A stretch of 64,000 nucleotides of DNA from Patellaria atrata CBS 101060. Lineage: Eukaryota. Where the stretch lies: contig MU006090.1 in assembly GCA_010093705.1 (NCBI GenBank), forward strand, positions 1-64,000, in the 5' to 3' direction. Both the position numbers and the translations under genes were made by a program. The notes beneath the pieces were generated by a model. That model did not search any database. It saw only the letters and a program-made list of their open reading frames with translations, and was not told the DNA's origin. Below, piece after piece: positions 21,878-34,041 of this stretch; within the stretch, counting starts at the first letter, position 1, and each line of letters begins with the position of its first letter.

Positions 21878-23087
21878 TATGGCGACGCGAGGATGTGCGC
21901 TGGATAAGTCTTGTCGATGAAGGTTGCGTTGGAGGGGATAGCAATTGCAATGGTTGACGGAGTCAAAAAAGTTGTCGAGGGGAAGGTACTTTGTAGTTAG
22001 TTGTAAAGTTCGCGACGACAAACGCGCTAAAAAGCTGAGGTGGACTTTGCTGTCTCCCGTTCGAAAGTTGCCACTTGCCAGCGAGTCGGCGCAGAAGGTA
22101 GGCAATTAGAAAATCGGGGAGAATAAATACTCAGACACAGGAGTCGGAGATAGTGTTGAGAAGAAGAAGGAAAGAGTGACGAGGGAGTAGGTAGAGATTG
22201 CTTTGGACTTGTTGTACTTGTATGGGGAGTTGGTTCGGACTTTTGAGAGCGACTGATTATCTTGGCATATTTGCACATGACTCAAATAGTATTAGACATC
22301 ACCAGCATTTATTGGAATTTTGCCCCCAAAATCATTATTGTTGTTAGTAACTTGCAAGATAATACGCAAGTTGATAGAAGTCTTTTTTAAGTTGGAAGAA
22401 TTCAATTGGAAGAATCGTCTTTATCAATATGTTTACGTCGTTTCACCTGAAGGCATCATACCTTACTACCTTTTAGGCACCTCTAGGCTTACCTTATCGC
22501 TTACTCATCTACATTGGTAGGCTCTTGCTGTTGCCTTCCGTCCCATCTACTGCATCTCTCCATCTCACTACCCTGCCTATACTCCGTATAAATATGAAAT
22601 ACAGTTCAGAACCGAGAGGATTGATATTCTGAAAGTTTCATAACAATCATTAAGCCATAGATATTTCCTAGATGTATGGTTTACCTTAGACTGGATAGTC
22701 CACCTCAGATGAACGAGAAAAGAGGTATGCCATATTCTCCACCTCAATGATACGTCACAAATATGGTATATCGTAGCTATATAAACCTAGGGTTTCCTGA
22801 GGGTAGGTATATTATTAAGATATCCAGAAACGTTCTTGCTACCTAATAGTAGAAGTCACCAAGGTAGTAGCTCTTAAAACTTGAATACCTTACCTACCTT
22901 GATGCTCAACTCGGTGGGTAGTGACTCAATATCTTTCTCAGAACTAAAGGTCAACGAATGGTCCAGATCAACGCTTCACCGCCTCCTCCACATAGAAGAA
23001 AAAATTGTTTCAACAGATGCATGTTTCTGTTTCACGTCAGGTGACCTGGAACCTCCATAGTGGGACAACCGAGGCCAAGCTTCATCC

Positions 23088-23112
23088 ACGCGTGTTTCTA
23101 CTGTAAACGCGT
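23088..23112. promoter_or_regulatory. Two MCB (ACGCGT) boxes upstream of centrin
   Basis: ACGCGT at 23088-23093 and 23107-23112, about 200 bp upstream of the ATG. Confidence 0.5.
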
Positions 23113-23252
23113 CTTCCTCACTCCTCCCCCGCCAAGTTCATTGTCTGAAATGTATAAAGCAATATTGAAATAAATCATTCTTCTTGTGCGAGAATACCCC
23201 AAACCTATTCATTTCTTGCTTCTTTCCACTTTCCCTCTCCCTCTCCACTATA

Positions 23253-23284
23253 CCTCGAAACCTCGAAACCTCGAAACCTCGAAA
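23253..23284 (+). repeat. (CCTCGAAA)4 tandem repeat just upstream of the centrin ATG
   Basis: Four perfect 8-mers ending 17 nt before the ATG at 23302. Confidence 0.9.
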
Positions 23285-23301
23285 CAATATCAGCTCCCGC
23301 C

Positions 23302-24083
23302 ATGGCAACCCCAGCATTCCCCTCCCGCCCCTATACCGCTGGCCTCATCAATCGAGGCGGGGCCTCCTCCTCTGCGGCCCAGCAACACCAACCCGTTAAA
23401 CAAGCTTACAACACCGGCACCTTCGGTACCGCACCAACTCAACAACAGCAGCAGCAGCAGCGTGAGGCGCAACGTCTGGAACAAGAACGCGCGGAGCGAG
23501 AGCGTCTCGATCGACAGGGTCGGGATGCCTTAAACGAATTAACGGAGGAGCAGAGAGAAGAGATAACCGAAGCGTTCAATCTCTTCGACTTGGACAAGGA
23601 CAATCACATTGACTACCACGAGCTCAAAGTCGCAATGAAAGCGCTGGGGTTTGATTTACCCAAGCAGGAGATTATAAGTATACTACAAACACACGGGTAA
23701 GACCCTTATGGATGTCCTCCGGATGACGTAGAACCTGATTGAAAATTGCATCCAGAGTTCCTTCCCCGTCGCCCACCGGTCCGCAGCAGTTAACCGCCCC
23801 TCAACCGCCGACAACGCGCTTACTCCTCCCACTCGCCACATTCCAGACTCTCATGGCGTCACGGATCCTCGCGCGCGACCCCCGAGATGAGATCCTCCGC
23901 GCGTTCGCCCTTTTCGACACCGATGGGAAAGGCAAGATAAGCCTCGCAGACTTGCGTAGAGTCGCGCGGGAACTAGGCGAGGGCCTCCAGGAGGATGAGC
24001 TAAGGGCCATGATTGACGAGTTTGATCTAGATGGCGATGGCTGCGTTGATCGCGACGAGTTTGTGGAGATTTGTTTAGGTTAA
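23302..24083 (+). CDS. CDC31: Centrin (EF-hand, spindle pole body); exons 23302-23696 and 23756-24083
   Basis: [79 protein letters not shown]. Confidence 0.93.
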
Positions 24084-24432
24084 GAAGTGCAGTGTCATAA
24101 TTCAAGGGTCTTTGGAAAGGGATTGAAGCTGGCGGGAGCATGGAAGTGGCCGCTTCTTGGGTTTGCTCTTGGTTTCTTTCATTGAAGCGCGGCGTCAAGT
24201 GCATGAGTAGGGACTGTTCGAACTTGGAAACTTCAGTTGAGCTGTATAATATTCGGTACCAGAATACACTTTCATCTATCCGGAAAACTGGACTCCACTT
24301 ATCAATTCACATGTAAGAATAAACAGCATTGAAGATGCACATACGCAACAAATGGAAAGCTCTGAATTCTATACAAAGGTCATCTTACTCCCGCTACTCC
24401 CCTCCTCTACTCCGTAGGTTTATTCTTACCGC

Positions 24433-26075
24433 TCACTGTCCAGGAGCGACCAATTGCCCCTTTTTGACAGTATCGTGGTCCCAGCCTCCTGCTAACGCTG
24501 ACCCACCCCTGGTCTCGGCATAATCCTTCATCCTCTGCTCCAGCTCCGGTCTAAAATGCCTGATCAGTCCTTGCAAGGGCCACGCAAACGCTTCACCGAG
24601 CGCACATATCGTATGGCCCTCGACCTGTTTTGTAAGCTCCTGCATCATATCAATCTCTCTGATCCTGCCCTGGCCCTTCTCAAACCGCTGCATCATCTGG
24701 TACGTCCACTTCGAGCCCTCGCGGCATGGGGTGCACTGACCACATGATTCGTGCTTATAGAATTTTGCCAAACGCGATATCGCGCGCACGACGTCAGTGG
24801 ACTTATCCATGACGATCACGGCGGCGGTGCCGAGGCCGGACTGAGAGTCCTTGAGCGCGTCAAAGTCCATGAGCTGATCCTCGCAGATATGTGCGGGTAG
24901 GATTGGCGTCGAAGAACCGCCAGGAATGACGGCTTTGAGGTTGTCCCATCCGCCACGAACGCCGCCGCAGTGCTTATCGATCAACTCTTTGAGCGGGATG
25001 CTCATTTCTTCTTCCACGGTGCAAGGGTTGTTAACGTGCCCCGAGATGCAGAAGAGCTTGGTGCCGGAGTTGCGTTCCCGGCCAAACGAGGCAAACCAGC
25101 TACCACCACGACGACAGATAGTTGGTGCGACGGCGACAGTTTCGACGTTGGCGACTGTGGAGGGGCAGCCGAAGAGACCGACAGCTGCCGGGAAAGGAGG
25201 TTTTAGACGTGGTTTTCCCGGTTTACCTTCCAGGGACTCGATGAGAGATGTTTCTTCGCCGCAGACATATGCACCCATTCCGCGATGAATGTAGATGTCA
25301 AAATCATAACCAGAGCCACAAGCATTCTTTCCGATCAAACCGGCTTGATATGCTTCTTGGATTGCGCGCTGGAGGACAGTAGCTTCATGGTAAAATTCGC
25401 CACGAATATAGATATAGGCAGCAGTACAGTTCATAGCTCGACCAGCTACCAAACAGCCCTCAACAAGCTTGTGAGGGTCCTTGCGCATGATCTCACGGTC
25501 CTTGCAGGTCCCCGGCTCCCCTTCGTCGGCGTTGACAACGAGATAGCGAGGTTTGGTATCTTTATCCCAGTCTTTAAAATTCATGAAAGACTAATAGTAT
25601 TAGTATTGAGCCATTGGGATCAAAATAGTATTGTACATACCCATTTCATACCTGACGGGAAACCGGCTCCGCCACGACCCCGAAGTCCTGAAGCCTTGAT
25701 TTCAGAGATGATCTGATGAGAACACATATCAGTATGGAGAAACCCATGTTAGAACTAACACGCGTAGCGCACCCAGTCATGGCCCTTCAACAAGATCTCC
25801 TTCGTCTTGTACCAGTCGCCATACTTCATAGCACTCTTCAGGTCCGCTCCATGATGCCCGTACAAGTTTTGAAATATCCTATCTTGATCCTTCAAGCTTC
25901 CAAATTTTGTCTTCTTCGGCGGTGGAGTGTCCTGTACGGTTGCAAGGCTTCTTCGCTGCTGTGACGCTGATAACGGCGATGTGGAGAGTCTGGTAACAGA
26001 AGTGGCGGATGGGAGGATGACGCGGTGAGAGACGCTTGTTAGCGCCTGGGATGATGGCGCATGCCTTGACAGCAT
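24433..26075 (-). CDS. NDUFV1: NADH:ubiquinone oxidoreductase 51 kDa subunit; exons 26075-25773, 25712-25641, 25590-24433
   Basis: Mitochondrial presequence, [48 protein letters not shown] (N3 cluster). Confidence 0.97.
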
Positions 26076-27343
26076 CTCCGATGAGAGCTGTAGGTTGTGT
26101 TAAAGAGCAATTGATATCCCTCGAGGGCGTTTGCGTTGGTGAGGGGGTGTTATAGGTCTGATGGAATTGTGTCGAGGTTGGCTTTGAGTGTAGATGATCT
26201 CGTAAGAGGTTTAGCGCCTTTGTCCGCATGAATCATCAACTCCGACGTCAATAATAGTTGATACCACTTCCATCCCAAAAACTACTTACTACCTACTGAG
26301 CATGTGAATGAAAAACAACACAGTCCTTCAAAACCACTAGTGTCACAGCTTCTCTGTTAGAGCATGTAGACTGAATAAGGGACTACTATTAACTGGAGTG
26401 ATACACGTATAGTTAGGATCGTCTGATCCCTTCTGAAAGCCATAAACTATATACTACAATTCCAAAGGTTATGAGAAGGTATCATGGTACAGTATCTAAC
26501 CCACCATTTCCCTAGTTTCATTCACCACTTTTACTTCTTCTGATGATTCCCTCCTTCTATTGGTACTTACGCAGTGTCATTTCGTTCTAAACTATCAATA
26601 TCAAAGCTCATTCGTCTAGCGGATATCAAACCATCAACTTTTCCCTTCAACCAGACTTATCGTACTGAGATCTAGTTTAACTTAATAGATGGTGCGAGCT
26701 ACCTTTGCTGATCGTTCTGAATTTCATATGCATGAGTGCTGTTAACTAGCGGAAAGGGAGTGGTCAGTGAAAGCTTCTTCGATTGCTTAAGATAGCAAAC
26801 GTACACTTCTCGTAACTGTTGATTTCTGCTTCCGCTTGTATTCGCGTATACGGTCATTGGTATACGTTGGCGGGAGCACTCCCAGCCTGTTCCAGTGCTG
26901 TATCGCTTTTGACAGAACCCGCTTCTAATTTGCACCGTACAACTCCAGCTTCCCCGTGGTACGGACGAAGATATCAATGATTAATTTGCTCGTGACCAGT
27001 CATATGTCATTCCCCGTTTGCATCGTATCTTCGTGCCATCGATCCCAAGTCCTGTGCTTATAATCTTCTCCCCAAACCCAGAATTGAGCAGCGTGTTCAG
27101 ACCCTAACTCACCAATTTCACACGTAATATCGACCCTGAGTAAGCATAAATCTGAAGAGGTACCAAAAGGTGAACCAAGCTGTACGCCCCTCTCAACAAA
27201 CTCTTGTCCGTCACCTGATACATTACGGACAGCGCACTTGGCAGTTGCTTTCGCGCCAGCATCCAGTCGCGTCTTCCACCACAACTCTCAACCTCCCTCA
27301 AACTCTTCAGTAGTGCCTCCCAAACGCAATCTTATACGCAAAC

Positions 27344-28870
27344 ATGAAGCGTAAGACGGAGCCTCAGATTTTCGACGGGAAGGCGATGCGCGAGATCTGG
27401 CAACCTCACGATCCCGATGGCGACGATGACCCACACATCATAGAACGCAATCGATACAACAATCAAGGCCACCCAACGTTCAAGATCTTCTGCAGCGACG
27501 TTGGCGAAATCATCATTGGCAAGAAGGAGCCTCCAAAATATTGTTATCTTGATGATAAAGCCGCCTGTGATATTCTTTTCTCTCCTCGTTACAGCGCGGC
27601 CGAGAAGGGCAAATATTGGCCGTATGACTTCGAACAACGTGGTATCATCCGTTCTAACCGCCCAAATCGCGGTCGCCCCGCTTTGGATGCCAATGGAAAC
27701 CCTCGTTCAGCTCCCAAGAGGGATGGTATCTATATATTCTCGGGCGAACCAGCGGAACTCATTGATCATTCTCGCCGTCGGGGTGCAAAGTTTATGACCA
27801 CCATCAAAGAGGTCAGGGATGCTGCAAGGGCGGCCGTTCTTCGGACAGCGCCTAGCACCAACGATTTCTGGCAGAAGTTCGATGAAGTGAATGATCCTGA
27901 TCAATCAATGAATACGGAAGATGATGATAAGTTTATAGAGATGGATGCTCATCAGTCCCACAAGGAATCGCCTCCTGGATCCTTCAATCTCGGAGAACCT
28001 TTATCTTCCAAACGTGTTCGTCGCACAGGCTTCAGCTCCCCATCCATCGAAGTTACCAGCTCTCCAGGGTATAGGCGAACCCGTGTTGACACAGATTTCG
28101 AAGAGCAGGCCAGGAGGATTGAAGCTTTAGAAGCTGAGAGCGAGACTCTCCGAACTCAGGTGGCATCGTATAAGCGTTCTTCCGAAGCTTTCAAGGCAGC
28201 AAATGATACCTTAAACAAGGACCTCGCCCATGCGAGAGATAGCTACGAGAACGCTACCGATAATCTCGCTGATCTCAGGGCACGGATTCATCATCTTCAA
28301 TCCCAGTACGACGATCTCAAGGCTGAGAAGGCGCGTCTCCAACAAGCGCTCAATGTAATCCAAACATCTGTTACTAGGAACAATACAGGTGATGCAGGCG
28401 TCCTCCAGAATTCTGAAGCTATTTCGGTGGATATCCAGGTCCTCCAACAGAATCTCGAAACAGCGCAAACCCAAGCCCACACATATCAGCAGCGTATTAC
28501 TCAACTCGAAAATGATATTACGTCAATGAAATCTACCTTAGCCGAATCTGAGACTAATCGCAACGCGGACAGCCGCCAGAAAGCAAAGGACCTTGTTCAA
28601 ACCAAGAAAGAGCGTGACGCATTCCGTGATGTTGCTCTCAAACTCTTCTCCGACAGGCATGATGAGGCCGTCAAGTTGCAAGTTGCATATCAGAACCTCA
28701 TAGCTGCGAATCCTGATATCGAAGCGTCAACTCCTAGGATAGGAGAGAGGGAGCTAATTGAAAAACATACCGAGATCAAGACGATGTTGGAGGAAATTGA
28801 AGCGAACTTTGCTGGCAAGGGTTTAGTAGATGAGTGGAAGGCTTTCGAAAATGATGCTCTCAATTACTGA
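27344..28870 (+). CDS. Hypothetical 508-aa protein: globular N-terminal domain + long C-terminal coiled coil
   Basis: Single long ORF with good start context (caaacATG). Heptad-rich C-terminal half. No family recognised. Confidence 0.75.
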   Translation: MKRKTEPQIFDGKAMREIWQPHDPDGDDDPHIIERNRYNNQGHPTFKIFCSDVGEIIIGKKEPPKYCYLDDKAACDILFSPRYSAAEKGKYWPYDFEQRGIIRSNRPNRGRPALDANGNPRSAPKRDGIYIFSGEPAELIDHSRRRGAKFMTTIKEVRDAARAAVLRTAPSTNDFWQKFDEVNDPDQSMNTEDDDKFIEMDAHQSHKESPPGSFNLGEPLSSKRVRRTGFSSPSIEVTSSPGYRRTRVDTDFEEQARRIEALEAESETLRTQVASYKRSSEAFKAANDTLNKDLAHARDSYENATDNLADLRARIHHLQSQYDDLKAEKARLQQALNVIQTSVTRNNTGDAGVLQNSEAISVDIQVLQQNLETAQTQAHTYQQRITQLENDITSMKSTLAESETNRNADSRQKAKDLVQTKKERDAFRDVALKLFSDRHDEAVKLQVAYQNLIAANPDIEASTPRIGERELIEKHTEIKTMLEEIEANFAGKGLVDEWKAFENDALNY

Positions 28871-31137
28871 GCGCCTGCTACCCTCGGCCACCAAGTTCAT
28901 TCTACGTTATATCCAGTTGATGTCAGGTTATAGGCTACATCGAGGACTCATACAGGGATTGGATTGATCTATTATAGTTCCGGGGCGGCTCCCCCTTTCT
29001 TCTTTTCTTGTTCACGGTTGGGTCAATTGCTCTTATTGAAATCCTCTCTTAATCTAGTTCCTGTACAAATATACTATCATATCCCCTAGCATTCCACTAC
29101 ATAATCTGACAAACACCCCAAAGGTTTCTTGATTAAAAGAGTATTAGCCCGGTATTTAATGTTAAAGTACCATTGAATAACATATAAAATTGGAGAAAAG
29201 TTGCCTTGGAGATGCAAACTAAAAAATATAGTGAAAGTAATACCTACTGACATGTTACGGAAGCCAGCCTATTTGAAACCAATAACGAGGGCAATTTACC
29301 ATATATTTTACAGTAGACACGAGACGACTTACTGAAAATCTCATTATTGTTTATTTTATATCTCGCAGCGCCCTGACGCATCGAAACGCTTTTCATGAGT
29401 TCTCAATTTCCGTCTTTACTAATACATGGCTGTACTAAACATGCATGGAGAAAAAAAGGATAAGTACAGTGAGGTGTGACATACAGGGCTGATGATATTG
29501 AACTTTAAGAAAGGGCAAGGTAGGCCATAAAAAGCATGGCATATAGCCATTCGCGGGTCCCGTCTTCTTTTCCTCCGCCTTGGATTGTCCATGATCTAGT
29601 AATCGAGAAGTCACCATCAGTAACCCACTTTATCAAAGCAGGCATTCTTGTAGTGCCGAACATCAGAATCAATCTAATAAAGAAACCGTAATGCTGATAG
29701 GGATGCTGTATATATGACTAGATGATTGTTATCTATGGGCTTTCGAGATACGTATACCGCTAATCTCATCGTACTGATAGATCTTAGTAAATACTTCATA
29801 TTTACCAACCACTGATTGGACGACCTATTTTATACTGATCATATAGTTAGTCTCTTTCCAGACTACCAACCTTTCGTAGGACTATATCCCACCCCCAGGA
29901 AGTAACTAAAGCTCTACTTCAGCACACCACCTTAATCACCCCCTCCTTTGGAATGGAAAAATGGGTTCCTATCCAACGGAAATTTCTATAGAACGTGACG
30001 TCGAGTGATCCAGAACGAATATAATCATAAGAGTTAGAACTTGATCACCAATCGCTATAAGCCACACCTATTTGCATGGTACGCTCCGAGAACATCGCCC
30101 CGATATGTGATCCAACGTAGATAAGACATGTAGGTTTCCTACCAACGAATGATAAGTGGTTGGTCCTTCTTTTCTTCTCCAGACAACGATTCTTCAAGAA
30201 TATTAGTACGGTCAAAATCCTCTCATACTTCGTGTCTCTTTCCTCATTAATACTATTCAGGATAAAACAATACGTCGGAGTCGAGCTAGAGCTTTTCGAA
30301 TATACCGCTTAGAAAGTTCAATTACTGCAATAGGGCGTTCTTGATGCAACTACTGATATTTGAGTTGGGATTAGACTTTACGCATAAAACAGCATAGTCC
30401 GCGCTCCCCTAGAATAGAAGGGAAATTATTGAAGGATATGGAATTGAGATTAAGTTAGAGGCCACTAAAAAGTTGACTCGTGAGGCAGCTGAATTGATAC
30501 TCGAGTATTAGGACAAAAATACTAGTACTCCAGTTACCAGCAAGACCGCGGACAGATATATCGAGAGTCGCTTTGAAAAGTGCTTCTTTGGGCTAAGTCG
30601 CTGTCTTGCGATCTCTCGTTCTGGAATTCATCTCTCCGTGTTTCTTCGCGGTCTTGTCGACTTGGTTCTTCATACCCTGTATTCGTAAGCAGCTGCTAGT
30701 GTGTCATTTGTACCGTATAACTGTACGGATAACTTGAAAGGGGAGATATCTGAGAACGGAGGAGGATGTTGGCAGTTTGCAGTCCCGATTGACATACGAT
30801 TACATAAGGTACGGGTACTGTACCGAATTTTTTATTACAGTACGCTATCTACGCTGCTCCGGGCAATGGTCCATCCACTGCCTCAACTCAATTATTTGAA
30901 GGTCAACATCCTTCCCGTCTCCTTCGCCTGTTCTCCATGTTGTCGACATACAACAGTCCCGTCACCCGTTCCACTCGTTCTCTGGTTCTCTGTTCCGCTA
31001 TCTGCTCTCATAGCTCGTAGCGAATCCGAATCCGAATCCGCTCGTCTGGTATCGTCTCGTCTCATTCGTATTCGTATATTGTATAAGTCCTTGTATATAG
31101 TCTTTCGTTTTCCAATGCCATTCTTCTTCATATAGTC

Positions 31138-33352
31138 ATGAGGGTGAGCAATGCCTCACATCTTCGTTGTGGTTATTATTGATGTTCTGACCTGAATATA
31201 ACAGTGTCTGCAGCTCCTCTTAGTACTGCTTGCCATCTTTAGCTTCCTCACGACTTCCACGGCTCAATACCCTCCCTCAGTATCGAATACAACTCGTATC
31301 AATTCCCCTATAAATCCCAACATCTCCATCATATATAAATCTCCGGATCCGGGAACATGTACCACAGTCTTCGATGCTCAGAAACAGTTCACTGGTTATG
31401 TACGCCTACCACCGTTTACGCTTGCTCCAATCCAACAGAACTATTCTATCAATACATTCTTCTGGTTCATTGAGGCAAGAGAGGATCCGGAATCAGCTCC
31501 TCTTACAATATGGTTAAATGGAGGACCTGGGTCGAGTAGCTTGATAGGGTTATTTCAAGAGACCGGGCCATGTGAAGTTGTTCAAATGGCAGATGGCAGC
31601 TATGGGACGCAAGCGCGGTTGTGGGGCTGGGATAGGAGCTCAAACATTTTATTCGTCGATCAACCAGCTCAGGTTGGACTTTCTTATGACTCTCTACACG
31701 ACAAAACCGTAGACTTGATTCAGAATAAGTACTTTGAGCCGCCCATCCGACGACCCGCTGGTGCTCCCTCGTGGAATTTCTTGAATGGTACCTTCAGCAG
31801 TGACAATCCATACTCGACTACAAACACCTCGGAGATATCAGCGCATGCGATTTGGCACTTTCTACAAGGCTTCTTGTCAACGTTTCCTCAGTACAATCCT
31901 GGGACAAGACCGAATGCTACCACAACATCCCCGACAGGAGTGAACCTCTTTGCGGAGAGTTACGGCGGCATGTACGGTCCAATTTTTGCCGATTTGTTCG
32001 AAGAGAAGAACCGTCAGCGCCTGGATGGTACGATCTCACTTAACAATACGCTAGAGATCAGACTTGTATCGTTAGGGATCATCAATGGATGTGTCGACGA
32101 TCTTGTTCAGGGGCCTTTCTATCCCCGGTTTGCTTTCAATAATACGTATGGAATACAAACGCTTGATAATACCGGAATGATTAATACCTTGTATGAATGG
32201 TCACGGAGTGGAGGCTGTCAAGAACTACTCAGGCGATGTCGTGCTGCTCTTATTCAACTTGATCCTGAAGGCCAGGGAGACATAGAAAGCGTCAACACTC
32301 TGTGTCGTCAAGCTACAAATCAGTGTTACACTAAAGTCACCTACCCCGGTATTGGCAATAAGAGTCCCTATGACATCCGACAGGACTTCCCGTCACCATT
32401 TCCCCCAAGCGATTTCTTAGAATACCTCAATACGGCGCAGGTTCAAAAGTCCATCGGTACCCCCTTGAACTTTACAATGACTAGCGGCGCAGTGTACGAA
32501 GCGTTTGCATTCAGTAGGTTTATGAAGCCGCTTCTAACATGTTTGGTACTAACCCTCGAAATAGCCGGTGACCACGCAACCAATGCTCCCCTTCCCGCTC
32601 TCGCCCGACTTCTAGCCTCCAACATCCGCATCGCCTTTGTCTATGGCGATGCCGACTATATCTGCAACTGGCTAGGTGGTGAAGCTATCTCTTTTTCTCT
32701 CGCTGACGCCATCCCCACCTACATGACGGCGTTTCCGGCGGCCGGTTATGCCGATATCATCGTGAACAGCTCTTACATCGGCGGTGCAGTACGTCAGTAC
32801 GGCAATCTCTCTTTCTCACGCATCTATGATGCTGGCCACCTCGTCCCGGCGTACCAACCTGAAACCGCATTTACAGTGTTTACGAGGATCATTACGGGCA
32901 CGGATATTGGGACAGGGGAGACTGTGGATCTAACAAATTTTAGAACCACAGGACCACGTAACGCAACATTCTTGAATAGCCATTCCGAAGACGCGAACCG
33001 TGATCCTGTATGCTGGGTCCGTGACTTTAACAGCACTTGCGACCCGACAGAGACGCTTGAGCTCATAGCGCAGAACAAGGGTGTTGTGCTGAACGGCATC
33101 TTATTCGAAGATGCTGATGATTATGAACCGCCAGCTTCGAGTGTGCGGGCCGGCGTGCCGGGGAGCCCTATCCTAAGCAGCACCAGTTTCACCGGTACTG
33201 TTACCAGCACGATTCCACCGACGGGAGTTTATGTTGCTACGGCGACGGCGAAACCAACGAGGACAGGCAGCCCGGCTGTCAGATCGGTCGTGGGAGTGGA
33301 TTGGGGTTGGCTAGGTTTAGGGCTGGGGTTGTTCGTCAGCATAGGTGTGTAG
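31138..33352 (+). CDS. Serine carboxypeptidase (S10), secreted, likely GPI/membrane-anchored; exons 31138-31143, 31205-32513, 32565-33352
   Basis: Signal peptide MRCLQLLLVLLAIFSFLTTSTA, WLNGGPGSSS, DQPAQVGLSY, AESYGG (Ser), GDADYICN (Asp), AGHLVP (His), S/T-rich stalk and hydrophobic tail. Confidence 0.9.
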
Positions 33353-34041
33353 AACTAACAGGAAACGGGAGCAGTTACATGGCGTTTGTTACTTTTTGTT
33401 TCAGTTCACGGGAATTATCAAGGGACAAAAGTTATATACCCTAGGCGTTGGACGTGGTTTTGTCGCTTCGCTGCTGTAAGCATGAGATGATTGCGTTGTA
33501 TATATTCCTTTGCTGGGCCACATGGACGATGACAATGACTGTACTGTACAGTCCACGCGGTGCAAGCTTCTCAGTAGAGTTGGGTGTTTATTACAAATAA
33601 CAACCTTTACCAAGCTATCTTGATTTACTTTGCGATTGAAGAAGTCTCCAAATTGTTCAATCCAAGCTTCCCAATCCTTGTTTTTAGAATGGGCTAAAAG
33701 TAATCCGCTGGAAGATACCAACCCCATATTAGACACGGACTAGACACAGTGAGGCTAGCATTATCCACCGTATCAGGATTTTCAAAGCAGATGACGTGAA
33801 ACAATCTTTGTGGGACATCTCCTCTTCCAGTTATTGGTACTTGAGTTTCTACTCACATTGTCCATACGAGCCGGGTTCGTCGTAGCACCAACGTATGGGT
33901 ATAGACAGCACCTTATCGCAGCGGCGAGAGCAGCACTTACGCTCTAGTCCTATAATACTACGACGGATGAGGCCATGCAACATCTGACGGAATAATAGTA
34001 AAAGCTGGCGTTTCTGCTACTTGACTGAACTTAGTTCCCTT

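Noticed and set aside
28900..31130. 2.2-kb intergenic region with short ORFs and a (CGAATC)3 run
   Set aside because: No recognisable protein, RNA boxes or repeat family; consistent with terminator and promoter/5'UTR sequence.
33401..33736. 111-aa minus-strand ORF between converging genes
   Set aside because: GTG start, no motifs; lies in the likely 3'UTR region.
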